Position numbers and translations under genes: made by a program. 64,000 nucleotides of DNA. It comes from Mobula hypostoma. Taxonomy: Eukaryota. Below the pieces are notes generated by a model, which made no database searches, was not told the origin of the DNA, and saw only the letters and a program-made list of their open reading frames with translations. This document shows, in pieces, positions 23,528 through 36,205 of this stretch; position 1 is the first letter of the stretch, and every line of letters begins with the position of its first letter. Location: contig NC_086097.1 in assembly GCF_963921235.1 (NCBI RefSeq), positions 231,572,001 to 231,636,000 of the forward strand. Reading direction: 5' to 3'.

Positions 23528-26500
23528 AGACCACAAGATGAAGGAGCAGAATTAGGCCATTTGGGACATTGACTGCTCTGCCATTCCATCATGGCAGATT
23601 TATTACCCATCACAATCCTATTCTCCTGCCTTCCCACCCCCACCTCCCCCATAACATAGAACATAGAATAGTACAGGCCCTTCGGCCCACAATGTTGTGC
23701 CGACCCTCAAACCCTGCCTCCCATATAAGCCCTCACCTTAAATTCCTCCATACACCTGTCTAATGGCCTCTTAAACTTTACTAGTGTATCTGCCTCCACC
23801 ACTGACTCAGGCAGTGCATTCCACGCACCAACCACTCTCTGAGTAAAAAACCTTCCTCTAATATCCCCCTTGAACTTCCCACCCCTTACCTTAAAGCCAT
23901 GTCCTCTTGTAAAGAGCAGTGGTGCCCTGGGGAAGAGGCACTGGCTATCCACTCTATCTATTCCTCTTATTATCTTGTACACCTCTATCATGTCTACATC
24001 CTCATCCTCCTTCTCTCCAAAGAGTAAAGCCCTAGCTCCCTTAATCTCTGATCATAATGCATACTCTCTAAACCAGGCAGCATCCTGGTAAATCTCCTCT
24101 GTACCCGTTCCAATGCTTCCACATCCTTCCTACAGTGAGGCGACCAGAACTGGACACAGTACTCCAAGTGTGGCCTAACCAGAGTTTTATAGAGCTGCAT
24201 CATTACATCGTGACTCTTAAACTCTATCCCTCGACTTATGAAAGCTAACACCCCGTGAGCTTTCTTAACTACCCTATCTACCTGTGAGGCAACTTTCAGG
24301 GATCTGTGGACGTGTACCCCCAGATCCCTCTGCTCCTCCACACTACCAAGTATCCTGCCATTTACTTTGTATTCTGCCTTGGAGTTTGTCCTTCCAAATT
24401 GTACCACCTCACACTTCTCCGGGTTGAACTCCATCTGCCACTTCTCAGCCCACTTCTGCATCCTATCAATGTCTCTCTGCAATCTTTGACAATCCTCTAA
24501 ACTATCTACAACACCACCAACCTTTGTGTCGTCTGCAAACTTGCCAACCCACCCTTCTACCCCCACATCCAGGTCATTAATAAAAATCACGAAAAGTAGA
24601 GGTCCCAGAAAAGATCCTTGTGGGACACCACTAGTCACAGTCCTCCAATCTGAATGTACTCCCTCCACCACCACCCTCTGCCTTCTGCAGGCAAGCCAAT
24701 TCTGGATCCACCTGGCCAAACTTCCCCGGATCCCATGCCTTCTGACTTTCTGTATGCCTACTGTGTGGCACCTTGTAAAATGCCTTACTAAAATCCATAT
24801 AGATCACATCCACTGCACTACCCTCATCTATATGCCTGGTCACCTTCTCAAAGAACTCTATCAGGCTTGTTAGACACGATCTGCCCTTCACAAAGCCACG
24901 CTGACTGTCCCTGGTCAGACCATGATTCTCTAAATGCCAATAGATCCTATCTCTAAGAATCTTTTCCAACAGCTTTCCCACCACAGATGTAAGGCTCACT
25001 GGTCTATAATTACCTGGACTATCCCTACTACCTCTTTTGAATAAGGGGACAACATTCGCCTCCCTCCAATCCTCTGGTCCATTCCCGTGGACAACGAAGA
25101 CATAAAGATCCTAGCCAGAGGCTCAGCAATCTCTTCCCTCGCCTCATGGAGCAGCCTGGGGAATATTCCATCAGGCCCCAAGGAGTTATCCATCCTAATG
25201 TATTTTAACAACTCCAACACCTCCTCTCCCTTAATATCAACGTGCTCCAGAACATCAACCTCACTCATATTGTCCTCACCATCATCAAGTTCCCTCTCAT
25301 TGGTGAATACCGAAGAGAAGTATTCATTGAGGAACTCACTCACTTCCACAGCCTCCAGGCACATCTTCCCACCTTTATCACTAATCGGTCCTGCCTTCAC
25401 TCCTGTCATCCTTTTGTTCTTCACATAATTGAAGAATGCCTTGGGGTTTTCCTTTACCCTACTCACCAAGGCCTTCTCATGCCCACTTCTTGCTCTTCTC
25501 AGCCTTTTCTTAAGCTCCTTTCTTGCTTCCCTGTATTCCTCAATAGACGCATCTGATCCTTGCTTCCTAAACCTCATGTATGCTGCCTTCTTCCACCTGA
25601 CTAGATTTTCCACCTCACTTGTCACCTATGGTTCCTTCACCCTACCATTCTTTATCTTCCTCACCGAGACAAATTTATCCCTAACATCCTGCAAGAGATC
25701 TCTAAACATCGACCACATATCCATAGTACATTTCCCTGCAAATACATCATCCCAATTCACACCCACAAGTTCTAGCCTATAGCCTCATAATTTGCCCTTC
25801 CCCAATTAAAAATTTTCCTGTCCTCTCTGATTCTATCCTTTTCCATGATAATGCTAAAGGCCAGGGGGTGGTGGTCACTGTCCCCCAGATGCTCACCCAC
25901 TGAGAAATCTCTGACCTGACCCAGTTCATTACCTAATACTAGATCTAGTATGGAATTCCCCCTAGTTGGACTGTCCACATCCTGTGACAGGAATCCGTCC
26001 TGGACACACTTAACAAACTCTGCCACATCTAAACCCTTGGAACTAATCAGGTGCCAATCAATATTAGGGAAGTTAAAGTCACCCATGATAACAACCCCGT
26101 TATTTTTGCACCTTTCCAAAATCTGCCTCCCAATCTGCTCCTCGGTATCTCTGCTGCTACCAGGGGGCCTATAGAATACCCCCAGTAGAGTAACTGCTCC
26201 CTTCCTGTTCCTGACTTCCACCCATACTGACTCAAAAGAGGATCCTGCTACATTACCCACCCTTTCTGTAGCTGTAATAATATCCCTGACCAGCAATGCC
26301 ACCCCTCCTCCCCTTTTTCCACCCTCTCTATCCCTTTTAAAGCACTGAAATCCAGGAATATTGAGAATCCATTCCTATCCTGGTGCCAGCCAAGTCTCTG
26401 TAATGGCCACTACATCATAATTCCACGTATGTATCCAAGCTCTCAGTTCATCACCTTTGTTCCTGATGCTTCTTGCATTGAAGTACACACACTTCAGCCC

Positions 26501-27455
26501 TTCTACCTTACTGTCTTTACACCATTTATTCTGCTTCTCTTCCCTCAAAGCCTCTCTATATGTTAGATCTGGCTTTACTCCATGCACTTCTTTCACTGCT
26601 CTACCGCTCTGGGTCCCATCCCCCTCGCAAATTAGTTTAAACCCTCCCGAACCATGCTAGCAAACCTACCTGCAAGGATATTGCTCCCCCTTCAGTTCAG
26701 GTGCAACCCATCCAATCTGTCCAGGTCCCACCTTCCCCAGAAGAGATCCCAATGATCCAAAAATCTAAAACCCTGCTCCCTGCACCAACTCCTCAGCCAC
26801 GCATTCAACTGCCATCTCTTCCAATTCTTATCATCACTGTCACGTAGCACTGGCAGCAATCCTGAGAACGCCACCCTTGAGGTCCTGTTCTTCGGCCTTC
26901 TGCCTAGTTCCCGAAACTCACACTTCAGGGCCTCATCCCTCTTCCTGCCTATGTCGTTGGTACCAACATGCATCATGACTTCTGGCTGCTTTCCCTCTCA
27001 TACCAGGATGTCGTGCACCCGGTCAGAGACATCCCAGACCCTGGCACCAGGGAGGCAACAAACCATGCGGGTGTCCTTCTCACGTCCACAAAATCTCCTG
27101 TCTGCTCCCCTGACTATAGAGTCTTCAATGATGACAGCTCTCCTCTTCTCCGTCCCACCCTTCTGCACCACCGGGTCAGACTCAGTGCCGGAGGCCCTGC
27201 CACTGTGGCTCACACCTGGTCGGTTGTCCCCGCCAGTAGTATCCAGGATGGTAAACTTATTATTCAGGGGAATGGCTACAGGGGTGCTCTGCACTACTTG
27301 TCTGCTCACCTTCGCTTTCCCCCCTCTGGCTGATTGATGCTCTGACTAATCAAGAACCTATCAATCTCTGCTTTAAATATACTCAATGTCTCGGCCTCCA
27401 CAGCTGTCTGTGGTAATGAATTCCACAGATTCATTATCTTCTGGCTGAAGAAATT
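23528..27455 (-). mobile_element. Older CR1 3' end split by the long CR1 (pieces 23528-23654 and 27336-27455)
   Basis: 'ttctcctgccttccc...ccccataac' continues as 'tgatgctctgactaatcaagaacctatcaa', as in uninterrupted copies (e.g. 47600-47680). Confidence 0.7.
23655..27330 (-). mobile_element. Long CR1 LINE: ORF1 SGNH-esterase part plus ORF2 APE-RT, multiply frameshifted
   Basis: IIEDSIVRG, HVGTND, DGLHLN (esterase); YFNARSI, ITETWL, GDFN, DSDH (APE); RT motifs; (AACATAG)n tail at 23655-23668. Confidence 0.95.
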
Positions 27456-28731
27456 TAGTTACCTTCTATTGTTTTTCAAAAGTTTCCCAATCCTCTAATT
27501 TCCACAAATTTTTGCTACATTATGTGCCCTCTCTTTTTACGCTGTCTTTGACTTCCTTTTTTAGCCATGGTTGCATTCATCCACCATTCAGAACATTTTG
27601 GACATGTATCAATCCAGTACCTTCTGAATTGGCCCAGAAACTCCAGACATTGCTGCTCTGCCATCATCCCTGCTAGTGTCCCCTTCCAATTAATTTTGGC
27701 CAACTCGTCTCCTCTCATGCCTCTGTAATTCTCTTTATTCCATTGTAAGGCTGATACATCTGACTTCATCTTCTCCATCTCAAATTGAAAAGTAAATTCT
27801 TATCATATTATGATCACTGCCTCTTAAGGGATCCATTACCTTAAGCTCCCTTTTCAAATCTGGTTCATTACCACCGGATTTACTGGGGCCGGGGACCCTG
27901 GGCTGGAGGCCCTAATGAGCCCCTGCCGACACAGTAAATTGCTACTGTTCAAGCAAAAAAAGGCAAGAGCAAGAGCGAAGGTCGTACTGGTCTAAATAGC
28001 AAAGCTGTGGACCAGGATATTGATTTAGTACAATACATAGGCTATAAACTCACAGGCCTTAAGAGGGAGGATAGAAAGTAATGTAGATTCTTAGTTAGAA
28101 GGACAGCAGCTAAAGCACTCAAAAATTGACCTAAGCTTAGTTTGCTTAGTAAAGTTATGAGGGCGATGAAGTATGATGTACCCAATCTTAAATCTTTATT
28201 TAGCTGTTGCTGCACATACCATAGGCCTTCTCTCTCAAACAATGCCAAAGCATTTTTATCTCGGTATTTTTCTCAACTGTGTGTTCTGAGAAGGTAAAAT
28301 GGAAATGAAAGACAAAAAGGCCAAGAGAGATGGCACTATGGCAAACTAGGAAACTAGACAATACTCCAACAATCTGTTTGAAAAATGAGATCGAGCACAT
28401 ACTAACCTATTGCTGTGCTGTGTGGCTTGCAGAGTAAAGACCACTTACTACTTACTGAGTTTGTTAACTGTCAACTATTAGCCTATTGCCACAAAACAGG
28501 AACAGCACGGACACACAAGCCTAGATATTTACAAAGTCAGAAGCTTGTTTTTCAAAATTAATGCCTAGTTCTTTTGGATTTCTTTGGAGCAAAGTCCTTG
28601 ATCAGATCACTAAAATTCAGTTTCCGAACAAGATCACTTTCAAGTGACATCAGAGTAAGATGACTCAGCCTGTCCTGTCCCATTGTGGATCTGAGCCTAT
28701 GTAGTTGCCATTATCAGGCCTGCCAAATATG

Positions 28732-29619
28732 TCACTGGAGCCTCGGATAGCCAGTCCCCTCTCGACCTAAAACTTCACAACCACCAACACTCTTCTCAAT
28801 ACGTGGGTCCAGTAGAAACACTCTGATTCGAACTGTTTTTGCAGTTCTGTATATTCTTCTGCTGTCAGACACTAGTGTAACGTAGGTCAGTATCGTTTTC
28901 CTGTGGTGTTCGCTATTTCCATGCTCTCCTATGTGCTCAGCGGCATGTTTCCAGTCGCTAAAGCCAATTTCGAAGATGGACTGATAGTTACCATCACTGA
29001 AGATGCGGCATGCAAAACAAAACACAGAGCCGGTGGAAGGGGAATATAAGAGCCATTGCCTTGATATGTACTCAACATTTACGAGCTTGAGTTTGAACTG
29101 AAATTTGGAGAAAAAACGTCTCTGCTGTTTGTATACTCATTCCGAAGCTTTGATATCCACATCCTTATTCTGGCAGGACACTGGGACTTTCATAGCCCAG
29201 TACGCTCGGACTGAATCATCTAACGTTTCCTTTCCCCAGCGAGCAGGATCAGTGCTGTAAGGATCCTCAGTAGTGTTAACGTTAATGGTGGCCCGATTTG
29301 GTTGTCCGGAGGCCTCTGTGGTCGGGAATCCCAAAGGCATGCTCTCTGCCTCTTCAATGTCAGCTGCTGACTGTGGCAAGGACGGTGGACCTCTGCTAAC
29401 GCTGGTGCTGGTGCTGGCACAAGCTGTTGAACAAGTCTCCGTTTGTCCACCGGTCTCAGACTGTGACAAGAGTGATGGTACTGCTGCATTATCGAGAACA
29501 GGTTTAAAAAATTCTGTCAATTTCAGTGTCTTTTTTAATGCTTCTTTCTCACAGTCCTCTTTTTCTTGTTTCTTTTTTCTTTTCTGTGCTCCACTCTTGT
29601 ATTTTTTTTTGTCCGCCAT
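28732..29619 (-). pseudogene. hAT transposase N-terminus with TTF-type zinc finger, frameshifted and truncated
   Basis: ORFs 29137-29619 and 28732-29025 (CFAC...FSDWK...EHGNSEHH). Confidence 0.8.
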
Positions 29620-29687
29620 GATGATAGCTACCTATTTTGGGCCCCTCTGCAGCTCCGGCCCCTGGGCTGCAGCCCAGCCTAGCCCTG

Positions 29688-29895
29688 TGATGCACCATCA
29701 ATAACTCCAAAAGACTGGAAGTAGAGTAAATACTGAAAGGCTTTTATTAGCAGTAAAATGTGACCTCGACCATGCTGAGTATCTGCCCCTGGACTGAGAG
29801 GAGGAGCAATGGCACAATCGCCTTTATTCAGGGGTCTGTGGGAGGAGCCACAGGCGCAGTCAGCAGAGGAGCGTGTCCAGACAGGTAACCCAGTT

Positions 29896-29926
<31 letters not shown>

Positions 29927-29937
29927 GGTTTACCACA
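29688..29937 (-). mobile_element. Solo LTR (250 bp)
   Basis: TG...CA ends (minus strand TGTGGTAAACC...GGTGCATCA), 5-bp TSD CCCTG at 29683-29687 and 29938-29942, AATAAA on minus strand at ~29743-29748. Confidence 0.85.
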
Positions 29938-30667
29938 CCCTGCCTAAAGTCCGGCCCTGATTACCACAGCACCCAATCCAGAATTGCTTTTCCCCTGGTA
30001 GTCTCAACCACAAGCTGCTCCTAAAAAGCCATCTGTTAGGCATTCTACAATTTCCTTCTCTTGGGATCCAGCAACAACCTAATTTTCCCAATCTAGCTGC
30101 ATATTGAAATTCCCCATGACTATCATGACTTTGCCCTTTTTACATGCCTTTTCTACCTCCTGTTGCAATTTGTATCCTACATCCTGGCCACTATTTGAAG
30201 GTCCGTATATAGCTCCCATCAGAGTCTTTTTACCCTTACAGTTTCTTAACCCTACCCACAAGGATTCTACATCTTCTGATCCTATGTCACCTCTTTCTAG
30301 GATTTGATTTCATTTTGTTACCAACAGAGCCATCCCACCACTTCCGCCTACCAGCCTGTCCGTACGATAGTGTAGAAAATCTGTTGCTGTAGATCTTAAA
30401 GAAAATTAATTTTGACTGCAGGTTCTGGCCATGTTGGATAGGGGAAGTGGGTCAGGAATTATCTCCAATTTATGGCTAGGAAAGTGAAGGAGAGACTCGT
30501 AACATTTGAATAAGATTTGAAGACTTATTAAGATCACGTAGATGTAGTCAAAAAGAACTGGAGAAATATTTTTTATTTTGTGTTCTTCTGGAAAAACCAT
30601 TTGTACTTTTTGAATTAGGTGAATCTGATTCAAATTCTGGATTTGTATTTGTTTACTCTGGTCACAT

Positions 30668-31378
30668 CACAAGATCACAAGATCACAAGACAAAGGAGCA
30701 GAAGTAGGCCATTCGGCCCATCGAGTTTGCTCCGCAGCTCCCCCATGAGCTAAACTATTCACCCATCTAATTCCAATTTCTGGCTTTTTCCCCATATCCC
30801 TTGATACCCTGACTAATTAAATATCCGTCAATCTCCTCTTTAAACACCCTCAATGGTCGGGCCTCCACAGCTGTATGTGGCAACGAATTCCACAAATCCA
30901 CGACCCTCTGGCTAAAAAAATTTCTCCTCATCTCTGTTTTAACTGGGTATCCTCTAAGTCTAAGTCTATGGCCTCTTGTCCTGGACTCACCCACCAAGGG
31001 AAACAACCTTTCCACATCTACTCTGTCCAACCCTTTCAACATTCGAAATGTTTCTATGAGATCCCCTCTCATTCTTCTATACTCTAATGAATACAATCCA
31101 AGAGCCGACAGACGCTCCTCATACGTTAGCCCCTGCATTCCAGGAATCATCCTCATAAATCTTCTCTGCACTCTCTCCAACATCAGTACATCCTTTCTAA
31201 GATAGGGGGCCCAAAACTGCACACAGTATTCCAAATGAGGCCTCACTAATGCCCCATAGAGCCTCATCAACACCTCCTTACTCTTATACACTATTCCTCT
31301 TGAAATGAATGTCAACATAGCATTTGCTTTCCTTATCACCGATCCAACTTGGTGGTTAATCTTTAGGGTATCCTGCAC
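30668..31378 (-). mobile_element. CR1 3' fragment, relatively intact
   Basis: Open frame 30767-31378 RPHLEYCVQFWAP...RNFFSQRVV; (CACAAGAT)n tail. Confidence 0.92.
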
Positions 31379-32112
31379 ATGTATCAGGATACAGTCGAAA
31401 ACCTTCTGGTTGTGCACCAGTCAGATTATGACATATGACAATGTAGTTAAATGAAAGGACAGAGTGCAGAATGTAGTGTCACAGTTACAGAGAACGTAGA
31501 TACATAAAGGGCTGCAACAGTGTAGATTGGGAGATCAAGTTTAATTACATGAATTAATTCATTTTTCTGCAATTCTGTCCTCTTTAGGATAGATTGCTAT
31601 ACACAGATGACACATCTGGTCACAAGAAATTAATGGTGCACTTAATGCAGCCATTGTGCCAACATGAAAGGGCCAATGTCTGCTACTAGTAAGATGGATA
31701 GGCTGCTTAGAGAAGTGATTGAAAGCACAGAAACTGAGAGCGTGGCCGCAGAGGGCCTGCCTCTGTAACACTAACTGCTAATATTGGCATAGCAATGGCA
31801 GAATGCAAGTTCAACTGTACAGTCCTTGTCTGTAGAGTTCTTTGTTTCTTACTGCATATTCCACTCACACTTGCGCTCTTCGCACTCCTTGCAATGTTAA
31901 GTTAATTAGGGAATTTATCCAAACCCATCATGTATTGACTAATTTAACCAAATGCAAAAGTCATATGTGTTAGTGATTTTGAAAATTTGTGCATTTTATT
32001 TGCTTTCTGAGAGAGTCTTGATATAGAAAATGTCTTCATAGCAGAGGGTGCAAATCCCAGGAGAGACATTCCAAGCCATATTCTCCCAAGCCCTAGTGAT
32101 GACTTACAAAGC

Positions 32113-32340
32113 CACATACACAGAATGCTGGAGGAACTCAGCAGGTCAGACAGCATCTATGGAGAGGAATAAACAGGTAACTTTTTTGGGCCAAGACCTT
32201 TCTTGGATGAAGGGTCTCTGCCTGAAATGTCAAAGGTTTATTCTTTACCAAAGATGCTGTCTGACCTGCTGAATTCCTCCAGCATTTTGTGTGTGTGTGT
32301 TGCTCTGGATTTCTAGCATCTGCAGAATCTCTTGTGTTTA
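32113..32340. mobile_element. Fold-back Penelope-terminus-derived element
   Basis: Inverted arms 'aatgctggaggaactcagcaggtcagacagcatct' / 'agatgctgtctgacctgctgaattcctccagcatt'; degenerate hammerhead core in the centre; imperfect TSD ATGACTTACAAAGC / ATGACCTAAAAAGC. Confidence 0.8.
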
Positions 32341-32784
32341 TGACCTAAAAAGCTAGATTGCTGGAGATCTAGAAATAGCTTTCCTGTCTCCTGCAAAATA
32401 GGACTTAATTTTGTGTCTGTGGCTATAAAATATCCCCTAATTAATTATACACATTTACTTGTTAAGAAGAACTTCTTTAAAAAGTAAGATTTATCTCATT
32501 TATTTAGTGTAATAAATGCTGATAATTGTTGCAGCATTTTATTCCCAGTTTGGCTCTCCTGACATTATCTCATTGAAGAATTGAATAACAACTTAATAGT
32601 CATGTGTAACTAAAAACCAGCTGGCCTCACAGCACTGGATGCCAAGTAGCTGTCATATATCTCAGTCACTTGGTCTTCTAATTCAATTTGTTGCTGTGGA
32701 TTCCACATGATGGCAGTAAAGGCTTTTGCTCCATATGCGGTAGGATTAAGATAACAATAAAGACCTAGCTATCACTTAGGTTAG

Positions 32785-33012
32785 CACACAAACTGCTGGA
32801 GGAACACAGCATGCAGCCTCTATGGGAGTGGGGGGTGGGGGTTGTGAATAATCAGTTGACGTTTCAGGCTGAGCTCAGTGCTGATGAAAGGCTTTGGCCT
32901 GAAATGTTGACTGTTTATTCCCCTCCATAGATGCTGCCTGATGTGCTGAGTTCCTCCAGCATTTTGTCTGTGTTGCTCTGGATTGCCAGCATCTGCATAA
33001 TCGCTTGCGTTT
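32785..33012. mobile_element. Fold-back Penelope-terminus-derived element with hammerhead core on + strand
   Basis: AGTG-CTGATGA-AAGGCTTTGGCCT-GAAAT-GTT-GACT at 32877-32912; inverted arms either side. Confidence 0.75.
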
Positions 33013-33119
33013 ATGATTTGTTGGCTATGACTCAAACTTGATTGAGAAAGGATCTCGTGCTTTCCTGGCATGTATGCTGAATAAACTCCTCTCTGGCTTC
33101 CAGCCAGATGCAGGTATCA

Positions 33120-33160
33120 ATTCTATGTTTCAATGACAAACTCTGTCACCTTCATCAGGG
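33120..33160 (-). ncRNA. Hammerhead-like motif, Penelope family B
   Basis: Minus strand CC-CTGATGA-AGGTGACAG-AGT-TTGTCATT-GAAAC-ATA; a sister degenerate copy lies on + at 35399-35437. Confidence 0.55.
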
Positions 33161-33564
33161 GTGATGCCTGGGCATGTTTAGTCCGGTGATATTTATACCC
33201 CTGTAATCCGTCCCTCCTGATTGGTTCGTCCTCATCCAATCAAGTTTCCGCTGTCCCACCTTGGTTACAATGAAATTCCAGTTCTTTCTTAGAAAGAGAT
33301 CTTCATTTTTGTTAAAATTCTTTCCCTCTAGATTTATTTCAATTACTTCCTTCACCAGGTGGTCCCTAAACCCATTGGCGTGGCACGGTAGTTTTGTACC
33401 ACTGAAATCAATCCTATGGCCATTGCGTATGCAATGTTCTGTTACTAGCAATTTCTCCGAGTAACCCAAGTGGATACACCTCCTGTGCTCCTTGATGTAG
33501 GTTTCCACCGTACGTCCTGATGGCTGATATAAACTGCTCTGCATTCACAGAATGCCAGCTGTCC

Positions 33565-34970
33565 TTTGACTTTAAGAAGAGAGGAAGGCAAAAGAAAGGA
33601 AATTATAGGCCAGTCAGCCTAAACTCAGTGTTTGGCAAAGTGTTGGAGTCTCTTGTTAAGGAGACAAATCATAAAATAAGCCGAAGTCAGCATGGTTTCT
33701 GTAAAGGGAAATCTTGCCTGACAAATCTGTTCGAGTTCTTCGAGGAAGTAACAAGCAGGGTGGACAAAGGAGAGACAGTGAATGTCATTTACTTAGATTT
33801 TCAGAAGGCATTTGGGAAGGTGCCACCCATGAGGCTGCTTAACAAGATAAAATCCTATGGCATTACAGGAAAGATTCTGGCATGGATAGAGGATTTGTTG
33901 ACGGGCAGGAGGCAGTGAGTGGGAATAAAGGGCGTCTTTTCTGGTTGACTGCTGGTGACTAGTGGTGTTCCTCAGGGGTCAGTATTGGGACCATTGCTTT
34001 TCACATTGTTTGTCAGTGATTTAGATAATGGAAATCATAGCTTTGTGGCAAAGTTTGTGGATGTTATGAAGATAGATGGAAGTGCTGAGGAAGCAATGCG
34101 ATTCCAGCAGGACTTAGACAAATTGGAAGAATGGGCAAAAAGGTGGCAGATGGAATACAGTGTTGGGAAATGTATGATAATGCCTTTTGCTAAAAGGCAC
34201 AATAGTGCAGACTGTTATCTAAATGGGGAGAAGGTTCAAACATCAGAGGTGCTGAAGGATTTAGGAGTCCTCATGCAAGACTCCCAGAAATTAATTTACA
34301 AGTTGATTCTGTGGTAAAGAAGGCAAATGCAATGTTGGCATTTATTTCAAGGGGAATAGAATATAAAAGCAAGGAGATAATGCTGAGCCTTTATAAGACA
34401 CTAGTCAGACTGTGCTTGGAGTATTATCAACAGTTTTGGGCCCCATACCTCAGAAAGGATGTGTTGTCATTGGAGAGAGTTTAGAGGAGGTTCATGAGGA
34501 TGATTCCGGGAATGTAGGGGTTAACATATGAGGAACATTTGATAGCTTTGGGCCTGTCCTCACTGGAATTTAGAAGAATGCGTGGGGATCCCATTGAAAC
34601 CTACCAAATGTTGAAAGAACTAGATAGGGTAGATGTGGAGAAGACGTTTCCTATGGTGAGGGTATCCAGAACTAGAGGGCACAGTCTCAAAACTGAGGGA
34701 CCACCATTTAGAACAGAGGTAAGGAGAATCTTTTTAGATAGAGAGCAGTGAACCTGTGAAATGCTCTGCCACAGACTGCGGTGGAGGCCAAGTCCATGCG
34801 CGTATTTAAGACGGAAGTTGATCGTTTCATTATTGGCATCAACGGATATGGCAAGAAAGCAGGTATATGGGGCTGAGTCAGATCCTGGATCAGCCAAGAT
34901 GGATTGGCAGAGCAGACTCGATGGGCTGAATGGCCTAATTCTGCCCCTAATTCTTATGGTCTTATGGACC
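33565..34970 (+). mobile_element. CR1 RT fragment with 3' end
   Basis: [25 protein letters not shown] in ORFs 33520-34751. Confidence 0.92.
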
Positions 34971-35965
34971 CACATAAGCTGTGATTTGAGCTTCCCTATG
35001 GGATTGTGGATGGTATTAATCCATCATTTCTTCAGGATCCTGGCAAACCTTCCAGAAATGTGGAAATGTAGGGAAGACAGGCAGTAGCAATAAGTTCTTC
35101 CTCATTGTTAGGTTTCCTGGTTTTTCTGTCAGGCCTTTAAAGGGCCCGATTGATTTCCTACACCTTGTAGCCATTCTGTACGAACATTGTGAGTAATCGT
35201 TTTATTTCTGCGTGGAGACTCTCTGGGTCTGAAATAGTTTTTTTTAACAAAGACAAATGTCTCGCTCTAATTAAGAACTGGAATTCGATTGTAAGCAAGG
35301 TGGGACAGCAGAAACCTGATTGGATGAGAACTAACCAATCAGGAGGGAGGGACTATGGGGGTATAAATACCACTGGACCAGACATGTCCAGGCATTATCC
35401 CTGATGGAGATGGCAGAGTTTGTCATCAAAATGTCAGTTAAAATTGAGACCAGTACCCGGCTAGAAGCCCAAGAAGAGTTTGTCCATTAAACTTGATTAT
35501 TTAAAAATATGTTGAGATTAGTTTATTAGATCTAATGCAGCTTTGGATTTTATTTTATGATCATTGGACCTGATTACAGGACAGATGTCACCTGTATTTC
35601 ATGTGAAGTCCAGAATCCTGTGCACACGACAGAGTTCCAAACAGCTAATTACTATTACCTGCAACTTACCAGTTCACTGTTGGGGTTGGGGTTGGGGAAA
35701 GGGACATAAGTATACATCTTCTACAAGTATAATTTTCAAATAAGCACAGATTAGTTGTTTGAACTGCTGCGTCAAAGAGAAATATCCTCTCTAGCTTTCA
35801 GACAAAAACAAACTCCAGCAGCACTGAGGGGGAAAAGTGAAACCAAAGTAATAAGATTAATTGAAAATCACTGTAAATAACCTCCCCTTTAGATGATAAG
35901 TTTGCACAATTCATTCCAGAATATAATGCAAATTATTTTTGCATATGTTTTATAAGAACTTAAAA

Positions 35966-36205
35966 GGTTCATACAATAGCACTGTAGTTAACACAACACT
36001 TTACAATTCCAGTGATCAGGGTTCAATTCCCACCACTGCCTGTAAGGAATTTGTGCATTCAACCTGTGACCACGTGGGATTCCTCTCATGGTCCAAAGAC
36101 ATACCAGTTGTTAGGTTAATTGGTCATCTTAAATTGTCCCATGACGAGGCTAGAATTAAATTGGGGAAGGGCCTATTCCACGCTGTAACTCAATAAAAAA
36201 ATAAA
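35966..36205 (+). mobile_element. V-domain tRNA-derived SINE with CR1-like tail (HE1-like)
   Basis: B box GGTTCAATTCC; V-domain-like 'aaggaatttgtgcattc..cgtgggattcctc..gtccaaagac..ttaggttaattgg'; tail 'gaagggcctattccacgctgta' then A-rich run. Confidence 0.7.

Larger units (their letters stand above)
27875..29959 (-). mobile_element. hAT transposon (TTF zinc-finger / Tip100-like), internally deleted
   Basis: 8-bp TSD ATTACCAC (27867-27874, 29960-29967); terminus ...AAGTCCGGCCCTG; N-terminal transposase KYKSGAQKRK and YSPSTGSVFCFACRIF...GFSDWK...H..S.HH on minus strand. Confidence 0.88.
27456..30368 (-). mobile_element. CR1 endonuclease-region fragment split by the hAT element (27456-27866 and 29968-30368)
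   Basis: 'atctggttcattac' continues as 'acagcacccaatccagaattgc', matching 6631-6665; ORF 30079-30261 has the GNFN endonuclease motif. Confidence 0.8.
33044..35488 (-). mobile_element. Penelope-like element family B, 5'-truncated, with inverted 5' terminal repeat, interrupted by CR1
   Basis: Minus strand: thumb/linker ISDPESLHAEIKRL..FVQNGY..ACLPYIS (34971-35240) and GIY-YIG CEC..Y..GRTVETYIKEH..EVIEI (33155-33555); plus-strand inverted copy of the 3' end at 35240-35488; candidate TSD AAACTTGATT at 33034-33043 and 35489-35498. Confidence 0.85.
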
